Positions 7,689 to 17,443 of a DNA stretch of 64,000 bases are shown in pieces (position 1 is the first letter of the stretch; every line of letters starts with the position of its first letter). Position numbers and translations under genes: made by a program. This stretch comes from a virus (Duplodnaviria; Caudoviricetes): IMG/VR virus record IMGVR_UViG_3300010361_000011, positions 6,045 to 70,044 of that record; one strand, 5' to 3'. The notes below the pieces were generated by a model. It was given only the letters and a program-made list of their open reading frames with translations, did not search any database and was not told the DNA's origin.

Positions 7689-8840
7689 ATGATCCTGCTC
7701 ACCACTCCCACCGATGCGCTGCAAGTCGTCACTGGCGCGGCTGCAACGGTCAATGTGCACGTGACCTGGGTGGATACAAACACTGGCGCTGGCACGATCA
7801 CGCCCGGTCGCACCAACACCGCCATCTCCACCGCCGCGACCACCTCGGTCGCTGGCGCGCCGGCGGCCGGCGTCCAGCGCAACGTCAAGACGCTGCACAT
7901 CAGGAACACGCACGCCACGCTCTCCTGCGACACGACAGTGCAGCACACCGATGGGACTATCGTGGCGCAGCTCTACAAGCGCACGCTCGCCCCCGGCGAG
8001 ATGCTGGAATACACCGATCAGGGCGGCTTTTCGCAGGGCGTGTTCGGCAATGTGCTCGAGGACGTGCCGCAAGGCTGCCAGCTCGTGGTTGCCACCGGCA
8101 CCAGCATCAGTCTGCTGCCGAAGAACGGCTTCAAGGTCAAGATTCAGGGCGTTCTCTACGACATCGGCGGCGGCGTCACCGCTACGATCACCAGCTGTTT
8201 CCTCAACGGTGCCTCGGCCCAGATTCTGCTGCCGTCCACCACCTACAATGTCTACCTGTTCATCAACGCCGGTGTGCCCACGATGGATTTCTCCACCACT
8301 GGGCATTCGCGCGATGCGTCATCGGGCAACAAGGGCGTCGAGATCAAGACTGGAGACAGTTCGAGGTCGTTAATCGGGAAGATTTTCACCACGGGAACGA
8401 CGGGCTCGCCGACGATCGGCGATACCACCTACAACCGTAATTGTATTTCCTGGTTCCAGCGTATGCAGCGGGTGGTGATAGGTCAGGCAGTCAATGCTGC
8501 GGCGAGCGTCACCTCGGGTTTCCAGAACATCGACATGACGAACATCGGCAGCTTCTTGACTTGGGGCGACGAGGAGATCGATTTCGATCTCGCCGGCACG
8601 GTTTACTGCGACACCGCCGGCATGATCGCCTATTCCAACCTCTCGGTGGACGCTGGCGGCACCAATCCGCTCATTGGCAACAACCAGGGCAGTGCGCCCG
8701 CCAGCGGGACCTTTGTCCCCGTATCCGGTACCGGCATGGCGCGGCTGAGCGAAGGACGTCATTACATCAACGTGCAGGGCTACGTGTCGGCCGGCACCGG
8801 CACTTGGAACTGCGGCGGCACGGCAACATTCCATGGCTAA
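7689..8840 (+). CDS. tail fibre/spike-like virion protein
   Basis: T/G/A-rich beta protein; N-terminal domain paralogous to 7312-7674; fibre-like C-terminus. Confidence 0.65.
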   Translation: MILLTTPTDALQVVTGAAATVNVHVTWVDTNTGAGTITPGRTNTAISTAATTSVAGAPAAGVQRNVKTLHIRNTHATLSCDTTVQHTDGTIVAQLYKRTLAPGEMLEYTDQGGFSQGVFGNVLEDVPQGCQLVVATGTSISLLPKNGFKVKIQGVLYDIGGGVTATITSCFLNGASAQILLPSTTYNVYLFINAGVPTMDFSTTGHSRDASSGNKGVEIKTGDSSRSLIGKIFTTGTTGSPTIGDTTYNRNCISWFQRMQRVVIGQAVNAAASVTSGFQNIDMTNIGSFLTWGDEEIDFDLAGTVYCDTAGMIAYSNLSVDAGGTNPLIGNNQGSAPASGTFVPVSGTGMARLSEGRHYINVQGYVSAGTGTWNCGGTATFHG

Positions 8841-11121
8841 TGGAAATGGCAGAGGCGTAATCCCCACCGAGCACTATCGCAACGAGAGCGATATCTTCAA
8901 TCCTGGCGGGGCTTTGGGGTCCGACGACGAGCCGCTCACCGTCGTCATCCAGGAAGATGCCGACCAGCCGGTTGAGAACATCGGTATCGAGCGCGCCGAT
9001 GGCTCGCTGATCATCCGCCTGGACGGGAAAAGACTTCCGAAGGAGCCCTCGGGCAGCGCCAAGCAGCACGATGCCAACCTCGCCGAGTACATCGACAGCG
9101 CTGAATTGGCGCGCATCTGCGACGAACTCCTAAATGGCATCAACAGTGACCTTCAGACCCGCCAGGAGTGGCTCGACCGGCGCGCTTCCGGCATCAAGCA
9201 TCTCGCGCTCAAGATCGAGAACCCGCGTGCACCCACGGTCGAGGCCGATACTGCGGTCGAGGGCCAAGCCACCATCCGCACGCCCATCATGCTCGATGCG
9301 GTGCTGCGCTTCCAAGCCAACGCACGCGGCGAGCTGCTTCCGGCCGGCGGCCCGGTCAAGATGCGCAACGATACCACCACGCCGACACCGCATCGCGCTT
9401 TCCTGGAGCAGCAGATGCAGGTGCCGCGCGAGCTTCGCGGCGACGATCGCGATGTCCAAGCTGAAGCGCTGGAGATGTTGTTCAATCGCTACCTGACCAT
9501 CATCGACAAAGAATATTATCCCGATACCACGAGAATGTTTTTTCTCCAGGGCTACGGTGGTTGTGGCTTCAAGAAAGTCTATCGCTGTCCGATCAGGCGA
9601 CGGCCTGTTTCCAGGAGCATCGACGCCGCCGACATCATTGTGAGCGACAACGAGGTCTCGCTGCATGAATGCGGAAGGGTGACGCATCGCATCCCGATGC
9701 GTCAGAGCGTCTTACGCAGGATGCAGCTCGCTGGCACTTATCTCGATCTGGATATCACGCGGCCGATCGGACCAGTGCCCGACGTCATGGACAGCGCCGA
9801 GCATGACGTCGCTGGGCTTTCTGCGTGGTCGCAGCGGCCCGAGGACTACAAGCACACGATCTACGAAACGTACTGCGAGCTGGACATTGCTGGCTTCGAG
9901 CACACCGATGGCGGCAAAATCACCGGGCTGCCGCTTCCCTACAGGGTCACCCTCGACAAGGATTCGCAGACCGTTCTCGAGGTGCGCCGTAACTGGGACG
10001 AGGACGACGATCGCTATCTCAAGCACATGCCCATCGTTAAGTATCCCTTCGTCGATGGCTTGGGCTTTTACGGCATTGGTTTGCTGCACATCATGGGCAA
10101 TGCGACCGCTGCCGTCACCACGGCATGGCGGCTTGCGCTCGACAGCGCCGGCTTCGCGTCGTGGCCGGGATTTCTCTACAGCGAGACGGTAGGGCGTCAG
10201 GACACGATGACGTTCCGCGTGGGGCTCGGCGCCGGCGCAAGAATTAACACCGGCGGGCAGCCGATCTCCCAGCACATCATGAACATGCCGTACAAGGACG
10301 TGACGGCGGGGCTCGTCCAGGTCACCCAGCACATCGAGGAAGAGGCGCGTCGCGTCGGCGGCACGCCCGAGCTGATGGTTGGCGAAGGCCGGCAGGATGT
10401 TCCGGTGGGCACCACCATCGCCATGCTCGATCAGGCGGTGAAGGTCTTGGATAGCGTCCATAAAGGCATGCACATCTCGCAGAGCGAGGAGTTCGCGCTT
10501 CTCAGGGACCTGTTCATCGAGGACCCGGACGCGCTGCTATGCGCGGAGCCGGCCTCGCAGATGCTGTGGCAGTGGCAGAAGCAAGACCTCGTGCAGGCGC
10601 TGCGTGATTGTAATCTCTCGCCGCAGGCCGATCCCAACACGCCCAGCCACACGATCCGCGTCATGAAGGCGGTGGCTCTCGTGCAGCTGGTGCAGCTCAA
10701 TCCTCAGATGTGGGACTTGCACGCCGTCGTGCGGCGCGTCGCCACCATGGTGGGCTTGGGCAGCATGGATGAGTTGTTCGCGCCGCCGCAACCGCAACAG
10801 CCGCAGATGGACCCGCGACAGCAGCAGCAGATGCAGCAGGCTATAGCCAAGATGGCGGACCTCGCGCAGAAGGAGAAAGATTCGCAGCGCAAGGCCCAGT
10901 TGGATATGGTAACGCAGCAACTCAAGGCGCTGGTCGAGTCGGCGGAGATTCAGGACCGTGCCGCCGATCGCATGTCGCGCGAGCGCATCGAGGGCGCCAA
11001 GCTCGCGCAGAAGCGCATGGAACTGGCGCAGAGCACGCTTGTGCACCCGCTTGCCGCACCCGTGGCTCAGACGTGGCCGGGAATGCCGGGCGGTGGCGCA
11101 CAGGGCGGCAGAGTCATCTAA
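8833..11121 (+). CDS. portal protein
   Basis: 762 aa, downstream of terL; GCGFKKVY and GFYGIGL motifs of podoviral portals; Q-rich coiled-coil C-terminal barrel. Confidence 0.9.
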   Translation: MANGNGRGVIPTEHYRNESDIFNPGGALGSDDEPLTVVIQEDADQPVENIGIERADGSLIIRLDGKRLPKEPSGSAKQHDANLAEYIDSAELARICDELLNGINSDLQTRQEWLDRRASGIKHLALKIENPRAPTVEADTAVEGQATIRTPIMLDAVLRFQANARGELLPAGGPVKMRNDTTTPTPHRAFLEQQMQVPRELRGDDRDVQAEALEMLFNRYLTIIDKEYYPDTTRMFFLQGYGGCGFKKVYRCPIRRRPVSRSIDAADIIVSDNEVSLHECGRVTHRIPMRQSVLRRMQLAGTYLDLDITRPIGPVPDVMDSAEHDVAGLSAWSQRPEDYKHTIYETYCELDIAGFEHTDGGKITGLPLPYRVTLDKDSQTVLEVRRNWDEDDDRYLKHMPIVKYPFVDGLGFYGIGLLHIMGNATAAVTTAWRLALDSAGFASWPGFLYSETVGRQDTMTFRVGLGAGARINTGGQPISQHIMNMPYKDVTAGLVQVTQHIEEEARRVGGTPELMVGEGRQDVPVGTTIAMLDQAVKVLDSVHKGMHISQSEEFALLRDLFIEDPDALLCAEPASQMLWQWQKQDLVQALRDCNLSPQADPNTPSHTIRVMKAVALVQLVQLNPQMWDLHAVVRRVATMVGLGSMDELFAPPQPQQPQMDPRQQQQMQQAIAKMADLAQKEKDSQRKAQLDMVTQQLKALVESAEIQDRAADRMSRERIEGAKLAQKRMELAQSTLVHPLAAPVAQTWPGMPGGGAQGGRVI

Positions 11122-11133
11122 GGGAGAACCACC

Positions 11134-12654
11134 ATGGCACAGCTCGGGCACCCATACGCCGGACAGGTGAAGTCCTCGCAGCGGCGCAGGCTGCGTGCGC
11201 TCGGCGCTAAGGCCGGCAAGGCCTGGGGTTCCTCCGCCTCGCAGCACAAGAAGAAATATCCGAAGAAAAATGCCGGCATGGAGCGCGAGTTCACGATCCC
11301 CGGCGGCAAGGGCCGTCGCCGCGCCGATCGGCTCGCGGGCGGCGGCGCGGTTAGCAGCAGGAAACACCGGCCGACGCACAACACCAACATCATCATTTCG
11401 CACGCCGGCGGCCGTGGTGGTGCCGGCGGTGGCGGTGGTGCACCCGTGGCGGCGGCTCCGCGTCCGGCTTTGCCGCTGGGTGGCGCGCCGGTGGCGCGTC
11501 CGCCGATCGTACCGCCGCCGGTTGGCGCTATGCCCATGGGGATGCCGATGGGTGGCGGCATGCCGATGGGCGCGCCGCCGGTGCGTCCGCCATTGCCGCC
11601 GCCGATGGTTGGAGCGGGTGCCGCTCCACCTCTGCGTCCTCCCGGCATGAGAAAGGGCGGCGTGGTCAAGAAGCGTGCCAAGGGCGGCAGCGCTGACATG
11701 ATGGACGTTGAGGATCGCAAGGGCAAAGGATACAAAGGTTTCCCGTTCTCGCCGACCTCGGACGTCGACAGCGCGACCTCGTCCCGCAAGAAGGGCGGCG
11801 TCACCTACAAGCGCGGCGGGCGCGTCAGGGGCCTCGCTGACGGCGGCGAGACGCCCCCGGCAGGCACGGCTGGCAGCGAAGACGGTGCCGACAAGATGCA
11901 GTTCGGCGGCGGCCTTGGTGGCCTCGGTGGCATCGGTGGCGGGTTCGGCGGTGCGGGTAATCCACAGATGACGGGTCAGAATCCTGGTGGTGTCAGCAGC
12001 TTGCTTGGCGCGATCCCCGGGCGCACACCGACGCCTCCGATCCAGGGACCGCCCAACATCTCGGGCCGACGCATGTTCCCGGCGCAGCCGGTGACCGTGC
12101 CGATGCCGGCGCAGCTTGGCTCGTTCCGCGCGTGGCCGGCACCAGGGACGCGCCCAGGCTTCTCCAAGAGAGGCGGCAGTGTGAAGCATTCGGACGAGGC
12201 CGAGGACAAGAAGCTGATCAAGCGGATGATGGCCAAGGAGGAGAAAAAGGAGAAAGCCGAGAAGCGCGCCAGGGGCGGCCATGTCGGCGAGATCGGCGGC
12301 TCCGATCGGCCGGGGGAGACCGTGCTAGGCAATCCCGGTGCCGATTTCAACGTCGGCTCGGTGCCTGCGAAATCAGTGCCGAAGGGGCACAAGAGCGTAT
12401 TGGCTGGCGAGAAATACAAGAGCTGGGGCAAGGGCAAGCGCAAGGACGGCGGTACGGTGAAGGATTCGATCCAGCAGAGCCGTCCCACCGGTCTCGCCGG
12501 CGACAAGTACGAGAACTGGGGCGTCGGTTATCGCAAGGCCGGCGGCACTGTGGTGCCTTCTGTCGGCAGGCTCGAAGGTGGCTCGGGCTCCGGCATGGGC
12601 AGGATTCGCAAGATGAAACAGGCGGAGAAGATACCGGACAAGACCGAGCTGTGA
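11134..12654 (+). CDS. basic low-complexity internal virion protein with repeated xxGGx(V) motifs
   Basis: K/R/G/P-rich; RKGGVV, KKGGVT, KRGGRV, KRGGSV, ARGGHV, KDGGTV and KAGGTV. Confidence 0.7.
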   Translation: MAQLGHPYAGQVKSSQRRRLRALGAKAGKAWGSSASQHKKKYPKKNAGMEREFTIPGGKGRRRADRLAGGGAVSSRKHRPTHNTNIIISHAGGRGGAGGGGGAPVAAAPRPALPLGGAPVARPPIVPPPVGAMPMGMPMGGGMPMGAPPVRPPLPPPMVGAGAAPPLRPPGMRKGGVVKKRAKGGSADMMDVEDRKGKGYKGFPFSPTSDVDSATSSRKKGGVTYKRGGRVRGLADGGETPPAGTAGSEDGADKMQFGGGLGGLGGIGGGFGGAGNPQMTGQNPGGVSSLLGAIPGRTPTPPIQGPPNISGRRMFPAQPVTVPMPAQLGSFRAWPAPGTRPGFSKRGGSVKHSDEAEDKKLIKRMMAKEEKKEKAEKRARGGHVGEIGGSDRPGETVLGNPGADFNVGSVPAKSVPKGHKSVLAGEKYKSWGKGKRKDGGTVKDSIQQSRPTGLAGDKYENWGVGYRKAGGTVVPSVGRLEGGSGSGMGRIRKMKQAEKIPDKTEL

Positions 12655-12655
12655 G

Positions 12656-12901
12656 ATGGCGCGGACCAGTGACTTTGACAGCGATGACTTTGACAGCGTC
12701 TTTGCGGCGCAGCTCGAGAAGGACATCCTGCGCAAGCTGCACGGAGATGGCGTGCAGGATGGGCTTTATCGCAACATCCTAAGTTCGCCGGACTGGGACA
12801 GCTTCACTCGTGCCAAGGGCATCATTTATGCCTACGAGGAGGTGTTGGAAATCATGCACGAGCTTATCCGTAAGGTGAACGAGCCTCATGAGCGAGCTTA
12901 A
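12656..12901 (+). CDS. hypothetical head-module protein
   Basis: Position between portal and scaffold; coupled overlaps. Confidence 0.7.
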   Translation: MARTSDFDSDDFDSVFAAQLEKDILRKLHGDGVQDGLYRNILSSPDWDSFTRAKGIIYAYEEVLEIMHELIRKVNEPHERA

Positions 12902-13385
12902 TTTCCTCGATCGGTCGTTTGTCACTAGCACGCCGGCGCTGGGGACGCTGCATCAGGCGCCGATGCCGCCCTGGCGCACCGAGGCGGAAGCCGAGGATTA
13001 TCGTAATGATCCGAGGGGATTTCTGCTCGATCGTGTTGCGCTATGGCTGCCCAAGATCAAGGTCTTCCACAACTGGGTCATCACGGCGACCTATTGGATG
13101 CCGGATTACCTAGCGACCGCCACCGGAGAAAAAATCTATCTGCCCGACAGAACCCATGACGAGGCGCTCTGGCAGGGGAAAATAGGTCTCGTCATCGCCA
13201 AGGGAAAGCTGGCATTCGTTGATGATGATCACATCAATTTCCAAGGTCAGAACGTGGAGATCGGCGATTGGGTGTTTTACGACATCATGGAAGGACGGCA
13301 GTTCACCATCGAGCGTGTGCACTGTAGAAGGCTGAAAGATACGCAGCTCGTGGGAACGATCGAGGACCCGAGAATAGTCTACTGA
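12888..13385 (+). CDS. GroES-like co-chaperonin
   Basis: GEKIYLPD...GLVIAKG...VEIGDWVFY...LKDTQLVG follows the GroES beta-barrel pattern. Confidence 0.7.
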   Translation: MSELNFLDRSFVTSTPALGTLHQAPMPPWRTEAEAEDYRNDPRGFLLDRVALWLPKIKVFHNWVITATYWMPDYLATATGEKIYLPDRTHDEALWQGKIGLVIAKGKLAFVDDDHINFQGQNVEIGDWVFYDIMEGRQFTIERVHCRRLKDTQLVGTIEDPRIVY

Positions 13386-13397
13386 GCGAGAACGAAG

Positions 13398-14411
13398 ATG
13401 GCTGACGAAGATGAAGGGGGCGAGAACCTAGTCGTTAGTCTTGACGATGAGGAAGAGAAAACAACGCCGCCGCCGCCTGCTGGCGAAAAGCCCGCTGCGC
13501 CTGCCGCGAAGCCTCCGCCGGTTCCTGGTCCCTCTGCCGCTCCGCCGCCGCCGCCCTCGCAGACCGGCTTAGCCGAGCTGCAACAGCAGATGCAGGCTGA
13601 GCGTGCCGAGCGTCTGCGTGTCACCGAGGCGGCTCGCCAGATTGCGGCCGAACGCGACCAGATGATGCTGCTCGCGCAGGAGGCCGAGCGGCGCGGCGTC
13701 TCGACCTTCGAGCTTTATAACGAGGGGCAGATCAAGGCGACCGAGGACAAGATGATAGCGCTCGCGGGTGCGTCCGAGGTCGCCTACGCGGACGGCGACT
13801 TCAAGCGTGTCGCGGCGCTCAATCTCGAGATTGGCCGTCTCGGCGGCGATCTCGGGGTTCTCAAGCGCGACCATCAGATTCTACAGCAGCAGCGTGAGCA
13901 GATGGCGCAGCCGCAGCGTCCGCCGCCGCAGCAGCCACGACAGCAGCAGCCCCAGCAGCCCCAGCAGCCGGCCGATCCGCTGGAGCGTGCTATCCAAGGG
14001 CGCACCGACCCGACCAAGAACTTTCTAAGAAAGCATCCCGAGCTGATTAGAGGCGACGGCTCGCTCAAGCGCACTGCCATCGAGGCGCACGAACGCGCTC
14101 TCGATGACGGCTTTGCGGCCGACACACCCGGCTATTTCGAGCACATCGAGAAGACGCTCAACATGACACAGACGCCGCCAGGACAACCGCCGCAACCTTC
14201 TGCCCCGCGCGGGCAGGCCCCCACTCTTGCTGCGCCGGTTGCGCGCGCTGGCGGCCCCGCCGGCAGCGGCGGCAGCCCCGGCGGCAACGGCCTTTTTACG
14301 ATGACGCCGAAGATGCGGCGCCTCGCGGAGGAGCAGGGCGTCACGCCGCAGGAGTGGGCCAAGAACTACGTGCGGCTCCTGGCCGAGGGGCGCATCACGC
14401 CGATTACGTGA
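13398..14411 (+). CDS. capsid scaffolding protein
   Basis: Coiled coil with a basic C-terminal helix-turn-helix (GVTPQEWAKNY), upstream of the capsid genes. Confidence 0.75.
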   Translation: MADEDEGGENLVVSLDDEEEKTTPPPPAGEKPAAPAAKPPPVPGPSAAPPPPPSQTGLAELQQQMQAERAERLRVTEAARQIAAERDQMMLLAQEAERRGVSTFELYNEGQIKATEDKMIALAGASEVAYADGDFKRVAALNLEIGRLGGDLGVLKRDHQILQQQREQMAQPQRPPPQQPRQQQPQQPQQPADPLERAIQGRTDPTKNFLRKHPELIRGDGSLKRTAIEAHERALDDGFAADTPGYFEHIEKTLNMTQTPPGQPPQPSAPRGQAPTLAAPVARAGGPAGSGGSPGGNGLFTMTPKMRRLAEEQGVTPQEWAKNYVRLLAEGRITPIT

Positions 14412-14418
14412 GAGCAAG

Positions 14419-14991
14419 ATGAACAAGATACCCTCTCCCGATCCGCTTCGTGCCGAGCCGGGTTTGGCTGGCCCGAGCGCGTTACGTTCTGAAATCCATG
14501 GTGAGCTGCGCGTCGATCCCACGCGCGAACGCCGTCATCAGGGCATCGCCGCGATCGATCCTTTCGATATTTCCGACATCATGGAGAGATACGCACCCAC
14601 CCGGGGCGATCCCAGCAAAGGTAATATCCAGAGGGAGATCGATTTTAATTGGAAAAGGTTCGAGACGTACGGGAAGCCTGACTATGCCGAGCAGCGTACC
14701 TACCAGGACCAGGGCTGGCGCGCAGTGCAGCACCATCACTTCCCGGGGCGATTCGCGCCTCCTGGCACCGAAGGTCCGGTCATCGTCAAGGACATGATCC
14801 TGATGGAGCGGCCGATGAGCTTGACAGTTCAAGCCAGAAGTGAGGAAATAGTAGCGGCGACTCGCGCCATGCAGGTGCATCGCCAGAAAGTACGGGAGAC
14901 ACCGGAAGGTTCGGCTCCCCGCGTTGTGTACGTCGATCGCAGTACTCGTGAGGCAATCCCTCGAGAGGCGATCGACATCCCCGAAGAATAG
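14419..14991 (+). CDS. conserved-type head-module hypothetical protein
   Basis: DFNWKR, QGWRAV and DMILMERP motifs; lies between scaffold and decoration protein. Confidence 0.75.
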   Translation: MNKIPSPDPLRAEPGLAGPSALRSEIHGELRVDPTRERRHQGIAAIDPFDISDIMERYAPTRGDPSKGNIQREIDFNWKRFETYGKPDYAEQRTYQDQGWRAVQHHHFPGRFAPPGTEGPVIVKDMILMERPMSLTVQARSEEIVAATRAMQVHRQKVRETPEGSAPRVVYVDRSTREAIPREAIDIPEE

Positions 14992-15092
14992 GGGACACAT
15001 CCACTGCCTGGGTGTGAAGTAGAGCCGCTTAAACCGCTCGGTCGAGGCACTGCCTGCCAAAGCCGGCAATCCCTGGAAGGGGAGGCCCGCTT

Positions 15093-15674
15093 ATGGCGAA
15101 CACGCAGGCGCCTTTTGGCTTTCGTCCCATCAAGCACATTGAGGGCACGCCCTACGGTGGCGGCTTCTCAACGCTTGCTGCACAGCCCACGGCTGGCGCC
15201 CTCAATCGCGGCGACATGGTCACGCAGCTCGCTGACGGCACTGTGAGGGCCTATGCGGCTGCCGATGGCCATCTTGCTCGTGGCGTCTACATCGGCTGCC
15301 ACTATCTGAGCGCCGCGCTGGGCTACCCGATCTGGTCGAATTATTGGCCCGGTTCTGGCGCGCTCGGCACCGCTCTCATCCAGGTCTTTGTCATCGATGA
15401 TCCGACCGTGGTCTACGAGGTCGCGGCGCTTGCCGGCCCGATCGCCTTTGCCGATATCGGCTCGCGCGCGGAAGCCAACGTGCTTGCTTCGACGACCGGT
15501 TTTTCGAAGTGGTCGCTGACCGGGCTTGCGGTCACGGCGACGTTGCCGTGGATCGTCACGGCGCTCGGCAACAACAACGTGAACATCAGCGACGGTTATG
15601 ATTCCTCGACCGCATACAACATCGTCGAAGTGGCTTGGAACGACATGTTCCTGAAGACCGGCGTTGGCATCTAG
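15093..15674 (+). CDS. head decoration/minor capsid protein
   Basis: MANTQAPFGFRP start typical of this family; immediately precedes the MCP. Confidence 0.75.
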   Translation: MANTQAPFGFRPIKHIEGTPYGGGFSTLAAQPTAGALNRGDMVTQLADGTVRAYAAADGHLARGVYIGCHYLSAALGYPIWSNYWPGSGALGTALIQVFVIDDPTVVYEVAALAGPIAFADIGSRAEANVLASTTGFSKWSLTGLAVTATLPWIVTALGNNNVNISDGYDSSTAYNIVEVAWNDMFLKTGVGI

Positions 15675-15685
15675 GGAGATAGCTC

Positions 15686-16597
15686 ATGGCGATCGATCTG
15701 GCAGCGATTAAGAACGAGCTTTTCCCCGGCCTCGCGGCGGTCGAGGGCCGCTATAAAAAAATCGAGACCAAGTGGTCGAGGCTCTTTGAAAAGCGAAGCT
15801 CCAAGATGGCTTTGGAGCGTAGAACGCAGATGGCTTACTTGCCTCTGGCCCGCGAAAAAGGCGAAGGAGCTTCTACTTACTTCGACGACAGAGCTGGTGA
15901 GCGCTGGCTGTATTCTGCGGAGATGAAGGAATTAAGTCTTGGGTATATTATTACCAGGAAGGCCGTGGAGGACAATCAATATAAGGCAGAGTTCAATCCT
16001 TCCAACCTCGGGTTGCAAGACGTCTTCGCCGTCACCAAGGAAATCTACGCCGCGAATATTTTCAACACCGGCAGTGTGTTCGATCCGACCATCGGCGGCG
16101 ATCAACAGGCGCTTTATTCCACCTCGCATCCAGTTGACATCGGCGTCGTTGGCAATCGCCCGGCGGCTGACATCGACCTCAACGAGTCCTCGCTGCTCAC
16201 GGCGATGACCGTCATCCGCAACAACTGGGTCGACGAGAGAAACATCAAGATCGCAGCTCGGGCCGAGCTGGTCCTTGTTCCGGCAGCACTCGAACAAGTG
16301 ATCGTAAGACTTCTGCGCACTGAGCTGCGACCCGGAACTAATGATAACGATGTGAATGCTATTCAGCACGTCGGCGGAGGTCTTCGTGACTATATCGTGA
16401 ATGAGTTTCTCACTTCACCTTTCGCGTGGTTCATCAAGACTGATAAAAGGGGCCTGATATACTATGATCGCGTGCCATTTGAAATGGATATGTACGTTGA
16501 CTTCGATACTGATAACTTAAAAGTCAAAGGAAGAGAGCGTTATACTTTCAGTTACTTTGACTGGCGCGCAACATACGGGACGTATCCGACCTCTTAA
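15686..16597 (+). CDS. major capsid protein (HK97 fold)
   Basis: 303 aa; ELFPGL, LGYIITRKAVED, DFDTDNLKVKGRERYTFSYFDWR motifs. Confidence 0.92.
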   Translation: MAIDLAAIKNELFPGLAAVEGRYKKIETKWSRLFEKRSSKMALERRTQMAYLPLAREKGEGASTYFDDRAGERWLYSAEMKELSLGYIITRKAVEDNQYKAEFNPSNLGLQDVFAVTKEIYAANIFNTGSVFDPTIGGDQQALYSTSHPVDIGVVGNRPAADIDLNESSLLTAMTVIRNNWVDERNIKIAARAELVLVPAALEQVIVRLLRTELRPGTNDNDVNAIQHVGGGLRDYIVNEFLTSPFAWFIKTDKRGLIYYDRVPFEMDMYVDFDTDNLKVKGRERYTFSYFDWRATYGTYPTS

Positions 16598-16618
16598 GGG
16601 TAATCGCGATGGGAGAGG

Positions 16619-16849
16619 TTGATGGCGCGCCCGCCCGCTGGTCCGATTGGCAACTCCCCGCGTGACGAGCGCGATGACTTCATCGGCGAAGCTGCCGATC
16701 CGTGCAAAGGCGGCGAGCCGCCGCGCTGGCCACCCAATCCCAAGCGCGTAAAGACCAATTCTTTCCATGCCAAAGTTGACGGTCGCGCGTCGAACAAACG
16801 TGCTGATCGCGAACCACATTTCCGCAAGGGAGGGTGGGTGCGCAAATGA
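16619..16849 (+). CDS. small basic protein
   Basis: GGAGAGG RBS; ends FRKGGWVRK. Confidence 0.6.
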   Translation: MMARPPAGPIGNSPRDERDDFIGEAADPCKGGEPPRWPPNPKRVKTNSFHAKVDGRASNKRADREPHFRKGGWVRK

Positions 16850-17319
16850 GACGAAGATTCGAGCAAGACGACGACGAGCGCGATAGCGAGGACGAACAGG
16901 ACGGACTGCGCAAGAAGAAAAAGCGCTTCCCGTTCCACGCCAAAGTCGGCGGCGGCCTCGCGCGACGTCGGCCCGATCGCAAGGCCAGGGGCGGTGCAGT
17001 CTCCTCGGCAGCCGATGGCGAGATGCTGTCGCCTGACACGCCGAGCGCGCCGAAGGGCGGCGCGGTGAAGCAGAAGTTCAAGAGCGGAGGGCATCTTACC
17101 GCTGGCGAGCGGCAGGCGCTTCCCAAGTCGGAGTTCGCGCTTCCTGGTAAGGGCAAAGGGCCTAAAGGTGCAGGTGCGGGCTCTTACCCGATTCCTGATG
17201 AAAGCCATGCGCGCAATGCTCTTGCCAGGGTCTCGCAACACGGTTCGTCCGAAGAGAAGGCGAGAGTCCGAGCCAAGGTACACGCCAAATATCCTGGCAT
17301 CGGACAGAGCAGTGACTAA
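16846..17319 (+). CDS. basic protein with C-terminal LTxxxRxxLPxSxFAxP...YPIPDxxHARNA domain (DUF6582-like)
   Basis: ATGA overlap at 16846; the recognisable phage domain follows FKSGG. Confidence 0.65.
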   Translation: MRRRFEQDDDERDSEDEQDGLRKKKKRFPFHAKVGGGLARRRPDRKARGGAVSSAADGEMLSPDTPSAPKGGAVKQKFKSGGHLTAGERQALPKSEFALPGKGKGPKGAGAGSYPIPDESHARNALARVSQHGSSEEKARVRAKVHAKYPGIGQSSD

Positions 17320-17440
17320 CGCCCGAATGGTCCGCTACCACGCGCTCTGTTCGGGTGACTAGGAGAGGCTGGATCAACATATAGCCCCCCTCCTGGCATA
17401 CCGGCGAGGTCCAGCCTCTCCGCCTTGAGACAAGAGGGCG
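17320..17440 (+). other. structured intergenic element
   Basis: Perfect 12-bp inverted repeat GGAGAGGCTGGA (17362-17373) / TCCAGCCTCTCC (17410-17421), plus flanking and internal hairpins. Confidence 0.6.
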
Positions 17441-17443
17441 ACT

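Noticed and set aside
10537-12282. 581-aa minus-strand ORF and similar long antisense ORFs (e.g. 5589-6293, 23759-24766, 36701-37465)
   Set aside because: These are shadows of GC-rich plus-strand genes with clear family motifs; their translations are R/A/G-rich and motif-free.
15686-16597. AT-richer codon usage in parts of the major capsid gene as evidence of recent transfer
   Set aside because: An impression by eye only, not quantified, and gene order is intact.
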